DNA of 64,000 nucleotides, from the IMG/VR virus record IMGVR_UViG_3300033485_000003, positions 38,958-102,957 of that record; one strand, 5' to 3'. Below are positions 6,930-17,209 of the stretch, in pieces. The notes beneath the pieces are model-generated. The model searched no databases and had not been told where the DNA came from. It saw only the letters and a list, made by a program, of their open reading frames with translations. The translations under genes were made by a program, and so were the position numbers. Origin of the DNA: a virus. Each line of letters starts with the position of its first letter. Positions within the stretch are counted from its first letter, which is position 1.

Positions 6930-9733
6930 GCTCCACCAGCGCACTCGCTGTCGCCTAGTTCTTCTCCGGCTCCAACTCCGTCGACTTTAATAGGCTTCAC
7001 CTTCGGCGCCAGTTTCTCGAACACCTCTTTGGTGATCGCCTCTTTGGGCGCCTGTTTAAACCCGTGATCGGAGTGACAAAGGAAGCTGATAGTCTTGATG
7101 TACTTCAGATTTTCTCCCAACCAAACCTTGAGTTGGTCGAGTTCTTCCTTCTTATAGTACACAGTAACCGAAATGCTTTGGTCAGACCAATGCTTTTGAG
7201 CCATCTTGAGCACATCCAGTTGCTTCCAGGTGTCCCAGCCTTCATCTGCCACCGGGGCGCCATCCGGCGCTTGCTCGTAAAAATCGACCACGACGGTGTT
7301 GTGATCGAAGGTCCCGTCAAAGCGTACGACAGGCTCGATGTGATGGCCGGCAGCCGCTAGAAGCGGGATCATCGGGTCGGTCGCTGAAAAACGGATGCGC
7401 TGAATGTAATACCGGCTCCAAGCGGCGTGAATCCCTTCGTAGCCCTTCATGTCGTACATCTTGGACACTGTGCCGCTCGGCTTGATGGTGGTTGTCCGGA
7501 TGCTTTTAGGAATACCGAGTTCTTTGCTGTATGAGATGTTCTCGTCTTGAATCGCACTATAGGCGACATCGAGGATCTCTGGGGTAAACAGAGGGCTTTG
7601 GAGGCACCCGGTGATTCCAGTTCCAACCCGTCGGTTCCTCTTGACGACTTCATCACTCTTTTCGAGATGGTACGGAGCCATCGTGACGCGCTTACCCCAT
7701 CGGTGCATCAACCTCGACGCCTCAATGAATTCGTCGACTCCTGTGAGTCGAGGTAGGGCGATGTCAGAAAGATTGCACGGTTCTCCGTCTTCTAGACAGG
7801 CTTCCGCGCACTGTCCGGTAACAATACCATCAAAACACCCCAAGTGTCTCTTGGGCTCGTTAAAACAGTATACGACATCAGCCCTAGGCATCGGCGTGAC
7901 CGAAACGACTTTGACGAACTGCGACGCATCTCGCTGTGGTGTTTTATCAAATGTCAGTCGACTTCCGTGGTATCCGATCCGCTTCATGTCTTGCATTTGA
8001 ACTGCACCAATCAGTAGGCGCCAGCAGTCTTGGCAGTCGAATAGTTTTGAGCCCCTCTTGCCGTCTGGCAGCGTTCTGGTTCCTGCTGCGTGCATAAGGA
8101 CGACCTTGCTGGGCACACCACACGTAGTCAACATCCGCTGAACGTCCAGTAGGAAAGTGCGGTCGATAGAGCCGATCTGTGCTCCCCCCTCCTTAAGTTC
8201 GCTCCCGTCCGAGTCCATGAGCCCGGCCAACCAATCAAGTCTCCCTTGAAGGTTCCATCCAGCAGGCACAAATGTCTTGGACAGTACATCCTCTGCGCCG
8301 AAGTGGGTTCGGTCTTGATCTTCCGAATAGCTCCCAAGTTTTCCAACCATCCTACTGGAGCAGGCCAATTTAGATGAACCGTACAGGTTAATAGTTTTTG
8401 ACCCGTCGCTTCCATCTCCCGAATAAAACCCTTGGGTGTAAGCATCTACCTCGGGAATAACGCCCTCAAAGAGAACTGGATATGTTGCCTTCGCCAGTTT
8501 ATCTCCACCAACCAGGTCCTTCGCCTGAACCGACTTCGTAACTCCGTTATATCCGACTGCCAGTACAAATCGGTGGGCCTCCGTGCAAGTTAGAGACTGC
8601 CCAGATGACAATTCCACTCTGACCATAGGTTGGTCTCGACCTGTGATTTTTGGAGACACAGTCGACCATTCAAATCCGTTCCACACGTCGACCGGACCAG
8701 AAGTTAAGGAGTCGATTCTCTGGTAGCCAGAACGAGTCAAGATAGGTGTGTTGCCGAGTACGCAGGGGTTGGTTCCGACCGCAGTGTCAGGTTGCAAATC
8801 ACCCATGCGTGCGAACTTTTGGATGTTGGCTCGATTGACAATTCCGAAGGGCTCCCCGTTTTCATACGTCTTCCAAAAGAGCGGGTGCACATCCTCAATG
8901 TCGTCCACGACGACCGACAAATTCGCCATAGCGCGTTGAGTCGGGATGGGGCCTAGATCCCATCGCTTGGACTTGAGATACTCCTTATCCCAACAATCCC
9001 CAAGAACCAAGATGGCGCTGCGTCGAACGTTGCCGGCGACAACCATCTCACCGATACAACAGATGATGTCCATGGCGTCTACCGGACGTACAGTTTTACC
9101 TTCGCGTCGGCCTAACAAAGCGCACAACTTCTCGACCAAGGCGATCAGAGGTAGTGGGCCACTCGCCGTACCACCAAATCCGTTGATCTTTTCCCCGTAC
9201 CCACGGATACATACCGTACTGTAATCGAAACTGCGCCCTGTAACGAAGAAGGACTCGAGTACGCGGCGCGTAAGTTCGCACCACCCCTCTCGACTATCCG
9301 GTACAATAAACGAGGCGTCCTTGGTCGCCTTGTGACGGATTACCACGCCCTTCTTGACGCGCGGTAGTTTGGACACGTATTTGTGCTCGACCGACAGCCC
9401 GACACCGCCACCAAGCATTAAGAGATCTTGGGCGTCTACAAAGTTCATCCAATTGTCGGCGCACTGAAACCAACAATTTGTCAAGGCGGCTCCACCGACC
9501 ACATCTTGCGCCTTGGCCCCGCTGAACCACCATCCACGGCCGGCTGGGCCAGCCTTTCGCTCGCTCAAGAAATAACGCAAACGCTGAATCTCTTGGTCGG
9601 ATACATTAAGTCCTCGGACGTTCCCGGAGATAACCCGCTCTACCGTTTGCGACCAATTCTCCACCATCCCGTTGTCGCTACGAGCGTATGTACGCTTGTA
9701 GACTACACTAGCTAGGTTGCTCATCGAGTTCAT
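6914..9733 (-). CDS. nrdJ: Class II (AdoCbl) ribonucleoside-triphosphate reductase with an intein
   Basis: KRTYAR, PAGRG, LMLGGGVG, AGNVRRSA, NPC-AE (split by the intein), TTIKPSGTVS and C-terminal CAGGACPIK. Confidence 0.92.
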   Translation of the reverse strand: MNSMSNLASVVYKRTYARSDNGMVENWSQTVERVISGNVRGLNVSDQEIQRLRYFLSERKAGPAGRGWWFSGAKAQDVVGGAALTNCWFQCADNWMNFVDAQDLLMLGGGVGLSVEHKYVSKLPRVKKGVVIRHKATKDASFIVPDSREGWCELTRRVLESFFVTGRSFDYSTVCIRGYGEKINGFGGTASGPLPLIALVEKLCALLGRREGKTVRPVDAMDIICCIGEMVVAGNVRRSAILVLGDCWDKEYLKSKRWDLGPIPTQRAMANLSVVVDDIEDVHPLFWKTYENGEPFGIVNRANIQKFARMGDLQPDTAVGTNPCVLGNTPILTRSGYQRIDSLTSGPVDVWNGFEWSTVSPKITGRDQPMVRVELSSGQSLTCTEAHRFVLAVGYNGVTKSVQAKDLVGGDKLAKATYPVLFEGVIPEVDAYTQGFYSGDGSDGSKTINLYGSSKLACSSRMVGKLGSYSEDQDRTHFGAEDVLSKTFVPAGWNLQGRLDWLAGLMDSDGSELKEGGAQIGSIDRTFLLDVQRMLTTCGVPSKVVLMHAAGTRTLPDGKRGSKLFDCQDCWRLLIGAVQMQDMKRIGYHGSRLTFDKTPQRDASQFVKVVSVTPMPRADVVYCFNEPKRHLGCFDGIVTGQCAEACLEDGEPCNLSDIALPRLTGVDEFIEASRLMHRWGKRVTMAPYHLEKSDEVVKRNRRVGTGITGCLQSPLFTPEILDVAYSAIQDENISYSKELGIPKSIRTTTIKPSGTVSKMYDMKGYEGIHAAWSRYYIQRIRFSATDPMIPLLAAAGHHIEPVVRFDGTFDHNTVVVDFYEQAPDGAPVADEGWDTWKQLDVLKMAQKHWSDQSISVTVYYKKEELDQLKVWLGENLKYIKTISFLCHSDHGFKQAPKEAITKEVFEKLAPKVKPIKVDGVGAGEELGDSECAGGACPIK
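7811..8764 (-). mobile_element. Intein (318 aa) with LAGLIDADG endonuclease, ending in Gly-Gln
   Basis: NP|CVLGNTPILT...TEAHRF...LAGLMDSDG...VYCFNEP..H...DGIVTGQ|CAE. Confidence 0.9.
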
Positions 9734-9778
9734 GTTTTCTCCGTGCGAATGATTACCGATTATACCATCAGCCGGGTG

Positions 9779-10474
9779 TTAGTTTTTGGTCTTTTTGGGC
9801 TTGTCGAACACATCTTTGTTCGTCAAAACATGACAGCCCTTCAAATATGCCTGCACTTGGCAATGTGCATCCGCGATGTCGTCATCACCCTTCTTGAAAT
9901 CGGCGTCCCAAGTGAGGTTGCAATACGCTACGGCGATGGATTTTTTGTCGATTTTGCCGTGGATGCATTTTTTGCGGAGCACGACCATATGGGCGTCTAG
10001 GCGGGCTTTGGCTTCTTTTTTGGAAGCGGCATCTCGCGCGGACTTCAGTTCAGCCTTGAGGCGTTTTTGCTCCAAAAGCAATAATTTTGATTGCTTCCTG
10101 GTCGTAGCCACTGACAGGTCCAAGGTCTTTCGCCAATCCGACGTGTTAATGTAGTGGATTTTGACGGGGAACTCCGAGAGATTCTTGACGACGGTATAGT
10201 GAATCATGTCGAGAATCTTCTGTGAGTGCCGGGAACCAAACCTACTAGAGGTCTTGTTGATTTCTTCGATCACCACGTCGGTTACATCGGGGTTCTTCGA
10301 TAGCAGCTCAGCTACTTGCTCGCCCATGTCGTCGGCCACCATGATGAAGTTTTGAGGATATTCCGCAACATCCCACCCAATTCGCTTTGTAATGAGACCC
10401 GAAGATGTCGGTTTTCCATCGGTGAAGATGGCCCATCCAGTCGAGGTGCTGAGGTCGAGTCCGAGTATCGCCAT
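9779..10474 (-). CDS. RuvC-like Holliday junction resolvase
   Basis: ILGLDLSTSTGWA, VVIEE and DDIADA motifs. Confidence 0.8.
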   Translation of the reverse strand: MAILGLDLSTSTGWAIFTDGKPTSSGLITKRIGWDVAEYPQNFIMVADDMGEQVAELLSKNPDVTDVVIEEINKTSSRFGSRHSQKILDMIHYTVVKNLSEFPVKIHYINTSDWRKTLDLSVATTRKQSKLLLLEQKRLKAELKSARDAASKKEAKARLDAHMVVLRKKCIHGKIDKKSIAVAYCNLTWDADFKKGDDDIADAHCQVQAYLKGCHVLTNKDVFDKPKKTKN

Positions 10475-10479
10475 GAACT

Positions 10480-11058
10480 TTAGATTCCGGTGGACAGACC
10501 GCTCAAGACCTCACGAAGATGAGTAAGGAAGACCTGGTTGAGATCTTTGATGACGAGTTCCGAAGTGGAGTATTGTTCGAAAAACATGTTGAATATCTGG
10601 ATGTTATGAACCGCCGCAATACGCAGAGCCTGTCCGGTGCCACCTGTAGGGCGGCCGCCAGCAGTCCAACACACTACAACCTGAACTGGAGATTTGAGGT
10701 CGATACCGAGAACCTGTGCGCTATTGCGCGCCATAAGTTTCCTGGCGCCATCGCCTAGACGATCCCATGCTGGATGGAACTCCCTAGCGTGCAACATCAG
10801 TTCCGTCCAGTTGTTGGGAGCGATAAACCCAGCTCCAGTTTTTGGAATGTGTTCTTCAAAGGAGGGCCAAGGGAGGTACGCCGTACAAAATTGCGCAGCA
10901 CCGAGCTCAAAAGCCTGGTCGGCCCCTGGCGCATGTCCAGAGCGGACTTGTATTTTGTTAACCGCGCACCACTGGCCGATTTTTACCATCTCGGCCAAGA
11001 TAGAGCCGGGTGTTTCTCTACTGCCGATGCCGGCGATTGCGAGTTGAGAGTCAAGCAT
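10480..11058 (-). CDS. DprA/Smf-like SLOG-fold protein
   Basis: AGIGSRETP, SGHAPGADQAFE, ARN and GGTGQA motifs. Confidence 0.75.
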   Translation of the reverse strand: MLDSQLAIAGIGSRETPGSILAEMVKIGQWCAVNKIQVRSGHAPGADQAFELGAAQFCTAYLPWPSFEEHIPKTGAGFIAPNNWTELMLHAREFHPAWDRLGDGARKLMARNSAQVLGIDLKSPVQVVVCWTAGGRPTGGTGQALRIAAVHNIQIFNMFFEQYSTSELVIKDLNQVFLTHLREVLSGLSTGI

Positions 11059-11114
11059 GGTGACGCCATTATACCACGCCCGACTCCCCTCCGAGATTAT
11101 TTCTCGGAGATATT

Positions 11115-11381
11115 TTAAGCCTTGCCGCGAGACTCGAGCACCGAGTACGCGTAACTAATGCGCAATCGGTTACTCTTCGTCGCCTCGGCGTATTGTTCCC
11201 CCGCCTGCTTGGCGATTTCCTTCTTCTCTGCGAGATCCATGTCGGCCTTCATGGCGGCGCGGTTCTCGTGCTCATTGATGGCGACCTCGGAGATCTTCTT
11301 CTTTACGTCCTCATTGCTCATGTTCTCGACGAGTTCCTTGAACTCAGGGTCCAAATCTTCAAACGGGTTTTTCTTGCTCAT
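11115..11381 (-). CDS. Hypothetical helical protein
   Basis: MSKKNPF start with an AAGG RBS. Confidence 0.65.
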   Translation of the reverse strand: MSKKNPFEDLDPEFKELVENMSNEDVKKKISEVAINEHENRAAMKADMDLAEKKEIAKQAGEQYAEATKSNRLRISYAYSVLESRGKA

Positions 11382-11559
11382 CCTTGTTCTCCTTGGTGGT
11401 TTCTGCACTTACATACAACTTCACGATTTTTGCGTGTACCTCTTCTATCGTATCTGCAGTCAACGTCAGCGTCAGCTCTTTCGTCGGAGGTGTAACACCT
11501 TTACGAACGAGGCTGTACGTCTGAATAGTGACAGAGACTTTCTTAGAGTTCTCGGACAT
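11359..11559 (-). CDS. Small hypothetical protein
   Basis: MSENSKK ORF overlapping its neighbours. Confidence 0.5.
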   Translation of the reverse strand: MSENSKKVSVTIQTYSLVRKGVTPPTKELTLTLTADTIEEVHAKIVKLYVSAETTKENKDEQEKPV

Positions 11560-11758
11560 GAACCTTGACGGCATCTGGGAAACGATGATACGCGAACTTC
11601 CGCGCGTCGGCAATCGACGGAGTCGACAGTGTCAAGTAAACGAGTTTGGGGGATTTGTCATCTCCATGACAAGTCACGCTCGTCATGAGCATCTCTGCAT
11701 TACAGTCACAAACATCCGGCAAGTACACCTGCACCTCAAAACGCTTCTTATCAGTCAT
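11543..11758 (-). CDS. Small hypothetical protein
   Basis: ATGA-coupled to sbcC. Confidence 0.55.
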   Translation of the reverse strand: MTDKKRFEVQVYLPDVCDCNAEMLMTSVTCHGDDKSPKLVYLTLSTPSIADARKFAYHRFPDAVKVHVREL

Positions 11759-13677
11759 TTGATCCTCGATTTTCCATCTACGTATTCGACTTCGATGATT
11801 TGGTTAAACGCCTCTACGACTTCTGAGGTGTGGTCTACCACAAGTACTAGGCGATTGCAAGCGTATTCCTTCAGAACATCCAGCGCGGCCTCTTTCGTAG
11901 CTACACCTTGTCCATTCCAACACTCGTCCAAGCACAACCATCCTGGCACAACCCCACTCCTCCGTTGGATTACAGCACCGACCGCCAAGTCTACCACACC
12001 ATCCAGCGAAGTGAATTGTCCGCCCGACAGCGTCTTGAGTTTGGCTTCTTTGCCGTCAACAAAGACTGTGGTCAGAATAGCCTTGTTGATTACGCCTTTT
12101 TGAGTTACAGTCTCAGTAGAAAAATGCACTGTTAGGTGCGACACATTCGCTAGCCGCCCAAGCCGCTCGTTTGCTTCGGCCTCGATCTCGGCGAGAACCT
12201 CTTCGAAAATAGCCCCCAGAAACCCCCGCGGCCCCATGGCTGCAACGAAGTCGAGCTCGGCGGCCATCGCCACCCGGATGCGATTAAGTTCCGTCTGGCG
12301 GGCTTGTAGACGATTCTGTGTTTGAGTTAAGGTGTCCACGAATTGCTTGCGCGACACTTCAATTCGGGCGTTGGATTGCAGAATGGATTTGATTTGGAAT
12401 TCGACGGTATTGATTTGCGACAATACCTCGGCCTTTTGCTGCTTCAGTGCCAAGACCTTCTCTTGTGCTTCAGTAACAGCCCCAGCGGCGGATTCCAAAG
12501 CCTTTTCGTGAATGCGCCGATCCATTATCGAGATGTTGTCGGAGAACTGGCGGATGAGTGGGTTTTCCGCAAAAACTTTGCGCAGTTCCTCTTCGAGCGC
12601 TCTCTTCGATTTGCAAGTTTCTTCCGCGGCCGTAACACGCTTCTCGAGATCCACAATCGCTTGTTCGAGTTGAGCCGCGTACGCCTGCGATTGATCCCAC
12701 GGACGCTGGCAGGTAACACACGCGCCACTTCGAGCCTTCTCCAGTTGCGCACGATTCTGGGCGATTTGAGAGAGGTCGTGGTTCTTCTGGGCTTCGGCGC
12801 GGACCACCACTTGTAGTTCTTGACGGAGTTTCTCCTGCCTCTTCGAAAAATCGCGCCGAAGTTGAGTGTCCTCTTGGCTCAGGCGCTCGCGATGGGACTG
12901 GGCGGCGCGCAGCAGATCGCGCATTTGGACGAGCTCGGGGTTCTGTCCGGCCAACTCCTTGAGCCGCTCTGCTGCAGCCCAAGCCTCTTGGACCTTCGAA
13001 TCTAAGTCGTCTACTACCAGTCGAAGGGCCTCTGGCGATGCTGGAATTTCTTGAGGTTGTGGGAGGTTTTTGAGTTGCTCCATCAACATCGCCACGGAGT
13101 TGGATGCTTCCTTACACGCGGCCTCCTCGGAAGCCACGGTCTGCGCCATCTGCTTGGCGGTAGTTTCTGAGGAGTCTACGGCACGCTCGATGTCCGTCAG
13201 TCCGAGGATACTCGATAAGAATTCCTTCTTGCCGGCGTCCGCGAGAGATAGGAACACGCCGCGAGAGTCTTGCGGGCGGTATGTCAGAGTCCTCAGCGTG
13301 TCGACATCCAGCCCGACGATGCGACGGAGATTCTCCGAGATGACTTTGGCTCCGGTGTAGTTTTTGCCGGCGATGACGATGGCGTTCTTCTTGCCTCGGT
13401 GAATAACGACTTCGCCTTCGTCTGTGTCTAGGGCTAGTGTAACCTGAAGTGGGTCTTCCGTATTCCACGACTGCAAATCCGTGGCCGACAGCGGGCACAT
13501 ATCTAGCGCGTAGCTGATGGCCAACAGCAAGGTGGACTTGCCAGCGCCACTGGAATCATGGGTAACCGGATTAACTCCGCGGAGCAGGACGAGTCCGTAC
13601 TCAGGAAAATCCACCCGCGTCTCGTCAACGAACGAACGGAAGCTTTTGAGTTGGAGCCACTTCAGTTTGAGGGTCAT
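11755..13677 (-). CDS. sbcC: SbcC/Rad50 (gp46-like) SMC ATPase
   Basis: Walker A SGAGKST, coiled coil with a CVTC zinc hook, LSGGQ signature, LCLDE and a VDH H-loop. Confidence 0.9.
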   Translation of the reverse strand: MTLKLKWLQLKSFRSFVDETRVDFPEYGLVLLRGVNPVTHDSSGAGKSTLLLAISYALDMCPLSATDLQSWNTEDPLQVTLALDTDEGEVVIHRGKKNAIVIAGKNYTGAKVISENLRRIVGLDVDTLRTLTYRPQDSRGVFLSLADAGKKEFLSSILGLTDIERAVDSSETTAKQMAQTVASEEAACKEASNSVAMLMEQLKNLPQPQEIPASPEALRLVVDDLDSKVQEAWAAAERLKELAGQNPELVQMRDLLRAAQSHRERLSQEDTQLRRDFSKRQEKLRQELQVVVRAEAQKNHDLSQIAQNRAQLEKARSGACVTCQRPWDQSQAYAAQLEQAIVDLEKRVTAAEETCKSKRALEEELRKVFAENPLIRQFSDNISIMDRRIHEKALESAAGAVTEAQEKVLALKQQKAEVLSQINTVEFQIKSILQSNARIEVSRKQFVDTLTQTQNRLQARQTELNRIRVAMAAELDFVAAMGPRGFLGAIFEEVLAEIEAEANERLGRLANVSHLTVHFSTETVTQKGVINKAILTTVFVDGKEAKLKTLSGGQFTSLDGVVDLAVGAVIQRRSGVVPGWLCLDECWNGQGVATKEAALDVLKEYACNRLVLVVDHTSEVVEAFNQIIEVEYVDGKSRIK

Positions 13678-13876
13678 GACTCGTCTGGCCCCACAACCCT
13701 ATAGCCGTAGTCGTAATCGGTCGCCGAAATGTTCTTCCAATGGCGGCTCTTCACCTTCGCTTGTGCCCGAGCGAATACTAGAGCCTGTCCTTCATTATCG
13801 GCGGCGATCTCCTGATTCAACACCTGAGAGATAGTCCTAGTCGTGATTACAGTGTACTTCGTCTTCTTCATTTGCA
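13674..13876 (-). CDS. Small hypothetical protein
   Basis: MQMKKTKYTV with a GAGGAG RBS. Confidence 0.55.
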
Positions 13877-13887
13877 TTCTCCTCTGC

Positions 13888-14094
13888 TTAGATCTTTCCG
13901 GCGTAGTGAGCAAAAGCACATCGGCGAACCCACCACTTGTCCCACGAAATCAAACCTTCTACCACTTTGAAGGGGTTGTCAAGTTCCCATAGATAGTGGC
14001 CGGAGTCAAGCTGAATCACCCGATACCCATCGGGTAGCGGCTTACACCGAGCTGGAAATTCGACGATCGGATTGCCGTGTAGATTTGTGGCCAT
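13888..14094 (-). CDS. Small hypothetical protein
   Basis: 68-aa ORF in operon. Confidence 0.55.
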   Translation of the reverse strand: MATNLHGNPIVEFPARCKPLPDGYRVIQLDSGHYLWELDNPFKVVEGLISWDKWWVRRCAFAHYAGKI

Positions 14095-14103
14095 TTTGTC
14101 TAC

Positions 14104-14334
14104 CTATTCGTCGCGAGCCGCTTTACGTTCCGCCAGCATTTCTTGAATACCGCTGAGTTGTTCCACCTTCCGGATCAACAGTCCGTTGTCCTGGACTTCT
14201 ATCACACGTGCGGTCGTTTGGGTAGTGAATTTTTGACTTCCACCACACTCGCACTTCGGAAGCTTCGGGCGTTGTGAGAATAGGGCGCGTTGAATTTTGT
14301 GACACTTCTTACATTTCCAGTTATAGACCGGCAT
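14104..14334 (-). CDS. FmdB-like zinc-ribbon protein
   Basis: MPVYNWKCKKC...PKCECG. Confidence 0.65.
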   Translation of the reverse strand: MPVYNWKCKKCHKIQRALFSQRPKLPKCECGGSQKFTTQTTARVIEVQDNGLLIRKVEQLSGIQEMLAERKAARDE

Positions 14335-14353
14335 AGTTAGCTCCACAAGCGTT

Positions 14354-14452
14354 AAGCTGGAGGCGGTGACAGGAGAAACGCCGCCTCCAGCTTCGTTCTA
14401 TCACAAAAGAAAAAGTTGGAGGTGGACTACCGAGAACCACCCCCAACTTTCG
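14354..14452. terminator. Two tandem hairpins downstream of groEL
   Basis: AAGCTGGAGGCGG/CCGCCTCCAGCTT (13 bp) and AAAGTTGG.GGTGG/CCACCCCCAACTTT with flanking A/T tracts. Confidence 0.6.
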
Positions 14453-14458
14453 TTCTAC

Positions 14459-16204
14459 TTAAGCTCGATCGTTTGCTGGGTTGTCGTCGACGGTGCGCAT
14501 GTAATTCGCGCTGTCGCGAGCTTCAGCGTGATCTACTTCAGCGTCACGGACGAAGGCACAAACACCGCCGCAAGTTCCAAGGAGCGAGGCGATGGAAATG
14601 GAGTTGCGAACGGCCTCTAATACTGCAGGAACCGAGTCCAAAAGCCCCTCCTTAAAAGCGTCTACTAGTTTACCTTCGAGAATGTCGTAAACGATCGACC
14701 CAGAATTCTTCATCACCGAAGTAGGCTCTACAATCTCGTCGACGTGGTAGCCGGCATTGATGTAGAGGCGGTCAATCGGCTCTTGCAGTGCCGGCACCAG
14801 AACCTCGCGCAACATCTCGTCGTGGGTCAAAAGTGACTGCAACCGCAGCAACATCCATCCTCCGGCCGGCAGTGCGCCGTGCTCGATAGCCCCGCGAACT
14901 GCGCAAACGGCGTCGTCGACTCGGTCTCGCTTCTCTCGGAGTTCGCCACCACTCGCTCCAACCACTGTAAGGCGAGCAACACCGCCGCTCACTTTCCCCA
15001 GGCGCTCAGCGACGATGTGCTGGTCCAACTTGCTCAAACCGCCGATTTCAAGCTGCTTCGAGAGCTGATCGACGCGCTCAAGGACCAAGAGTTCGTCGGC
15101 AAAACCGATGACGGTGGTGCGGAACCGACCAGCTTCAAACGACGGGGTGTGTCCGAGGTCCTCTACTCGGGCGTTCGCCAATGGCTGATTGATTGGGTCA
15201 AAAATGACACCACCAGTCATAGCCGCAAGGTCGGCCAAGAAATCGTACTGGCCGGACTGCATTTGGTTGAGTGGAGCAACAAGCGGGTAGATGTTGAGGG
15301 AGCCAGCTTCACGGAAATTGAGGGCGAAGTTGCTGAGGGTGCTCTCCGAAAACCCACAGGCGACGAAGACCACGTTCTGAGAAATTTTCCCAGCTTGCGC
15401 GGCGGAGATGATCTCATCAAACAACTTGAGCGCGTCGTAGATGTCGTTGAGCTTGCCATGGTACAGCACGTACGAAGGCTTATCGAACGCGCACAGCTGA
15501 CGAGGAACGTCGTTGATGAACTGCTGATAGAACTTCCCGCACGAATCCTCATAGCCGGTGGAAATCTGGTACCCGTCGATCTTGTCGACTTTGTAGCCGG
15601 CTGGACCGGACTCCTCGACAACCGTGATGTTACCTTTGTCGCCAGTGAGCTCGAAGCACTGAATCACCGCATCAGCCAGGGCCTTATCTCCATTGGCGGA
15701 AACCTTAGCGACAGCGTGGAGGAGTTTGCGTCCTTGCTTTGTGGCCAGCGACACCTTCCTTGCAAACTTTCGAATGGCCGGCTCGATGATGTTTTTGAAC
15801 GCCGCCTCAAGCGCTCGAACGATGCGCTGTGGAGACACCTTAGGGTTACGCTCACAGTATTCCTGAGTGTATCGGACAATCGCTTCTGCCAGCACAATCG
15901 AGGTGGTAGTACCGTCTCCGGCAGACGCCGCGGTTCGAACGCTGCAATCTCGAGCCGATTCCATGATAACTTGCTTGATGGAATCCTGGAACCCCATATT
16001 GTTAAAAACGGTCACGCCGTCCTTGGTCAAAAACGGCGGCAACAACTCTTCTTGCCGCTCAATCACAACACTAAGTCCACCTGGACCGAGAGTGCTACCA
16101 ACGAGATCAGAGCACGTCTTCATTGTCTCGCGGAGAACGCGCTGGAGTTCAGGGCCGCGGGTCAACATCTTCTTGGGGGCGCTCTTGGCTTTTTGGTGTT
16201 GCAT
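14459..16204 (-). CDS. groEL: GroEL-like chaperonin
   Basis: TLGPGG, TKDGVTV, AGDGTTT, EKRDRVDDA and LPAGG motifs; no GGM tail. Confidence 0.92.
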   Translation of the reverse strand: MQHQKAKSAPKKMLTRGPELQRVLRETMKTCSDLVGSTLGPGGLSVVIERQEELLPPFLTKDGVTVFNNMGFQDSIKQVIMESARDCSVRTAASAGDGTTTSIVLAEAIVRYTQEYCERNPKVSPQRIVRALEAAFKNIIEPAIRKFARKVSLATKQGRKLLHAVAKVSANGDKALADAVIQCFELTGDKGNITVVEESGPAGYKVDKIDGYQISTGYEDSCGKFYQQFINDVPRQLCAFDKPSYVLYHGKLNDIYDALKLFDEIISAAQAGKISQNVVFVACGFSESTLSNFALNFREAGSLNIYPLVAPLNQMQSGQYDFLADLAAMTGGVIFDPINQPLANARVEDLGHTPSFEAGRFRTTVIGFADELLVLERVDQLSKQLEIGGLSKLDQHIVAERLGKVSGGVARLTVVGASGGELREKRDRVDDAVCAVRGAIEHGALPAGGWMLLRLQSLLTHDEMLREVLVPALQEPIDRLYINAGYHVDEIVEPTSVMKNSGSIVYDILEGKLVDAFKEGLLDSVPAVLEAVRNSISIASLLGTCGGVCAFVRDAEVDHAEARDSANYMRTVDDNPANDRA

Positions 16205-16314
16205 TAGGACTCCTGCGAAGGTTTCCTCCAGTATACCACAACGCCACTACAATAACTCCAACGCCTCGAAAGTCACCCACATCGGGGTGGACTTGCGGCG
16301 CCCTTATGGCGAGG

Positions 16315-16992
16315 TCATTTCTTACCAGCCGTGGTTTTCTCGAGGATTTTAAGTAATGCCGCATCGACATCGTCCGGTGACATCGACTTGATTTCCTTGG
16401 ATTGCCCATCAACCACCTCGCCTTTGTCTTCTGTACGATGCGTATGGAGAATCTCACCCGATACGTTCTTGTCTTTATCCTGTCCCGTGAGACGAAGCAA
16501 TAGCTCAAGGGTCTGCTGGTACGCCTTCAAGGTCATTTGTCCCTTCAAGTCGCCCAAGTCCTCTTCCTTGCCGGTCTGCAAAAACCGACGCAACTTATCG
16601 CCATTCAGCTTGTTGAACGCGGCAGCCCACAGACTCACGAACTGAACCGACTCGAGCTGGCTAGCCTGCACGGTCTCGTGGATCCGCTCCACCAAGCCTT
16701 CGGTGTAGTCCTTGCGCTTGAGGTCCCAATCGCCATCCATCTTAGCTCGAACAATCTCCCCCAACTTAAAGGAGGAGTTCATAGCCTGAATATCCTTGGC
16801 GCTACATCCACGCAAGTACAAGTTGTAGAATTGCTGAGATGTCGCAGGGGAGATAGGCGGCTTGCCGGATGACATGTAGTCGAGGTAGGCCTCCTTCTCT
16901 TCAGGCTCCAAAGCCTCGAAGCGCCCTTCTGCGGTGTCGAGGTTGGCCATCTGCTTACGGGCTCTACGCTCCAAACGAGATTCACGCGCCAT
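16315..16992 (-). CDS. Possible terminase small subunit / HTH protein
   Basis: Start MARESR with an AGGAGG RBS. HTH-like segment, helical core and C-terminal VSGEILHTH...SMSPDDVDAAL reminiscent of TerS. Confidence 0.4.
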   Translation of the reverse strand: MARESRLERRARKQMANLDTAEGRFEALEPEEKEAYLDYMSSGKPPISPATSQQFYNLYLRGCSAKDIQAMNSSFKLGEIVRAKMDGDWDLKRKDYTEGLVERIHETVQASQLESVQFVSLWAAAFNKLNGDKLRRFLQTGKEEDLGDLKGQMTLKAYQQTLELLLRLTGQDKDKNVSGEILHTHRTEDKGEVVDGQSKEIKSMSPDDVDAALLKILEKTTAGKK

Positions 16993-17209
16993 TTTTGGCC
17001 TCCTGTACTTCGACGTCGTTGTATGGGGCATGACAACAATTGCCTTCTGCGATGCACTCAAGAGCTTCCCACTCACAAAGCTCGGCGCCATACTCTCCAG
17101 AATCATCGTGTTTAGCCCACGCCGCCGCCCTGGCGGCGACCTTATCATCGGCCTCGACCTTAAAAATCAAGCGACCTGCGATGGGGATGGTTACGTAGTA
17201 AGTTTTCAT
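16982..17209 (-). CDS. Small protein (MKTYYV family copy 1)
   Basis: Paralog of the next gene. Confidence 0.7.
   Translation of the reverse strand: MKTYYVTIPIAGRLIFKVEADDKVAARAAAWAKHDDSGEYGAELCEWEALECIAEGNCCHAPYNDVEVQEAKNGA

Noticed and set aside
14879-16207. 442-aa plus-strand ORF
   Set aside because: Antisense shadow of groEL.
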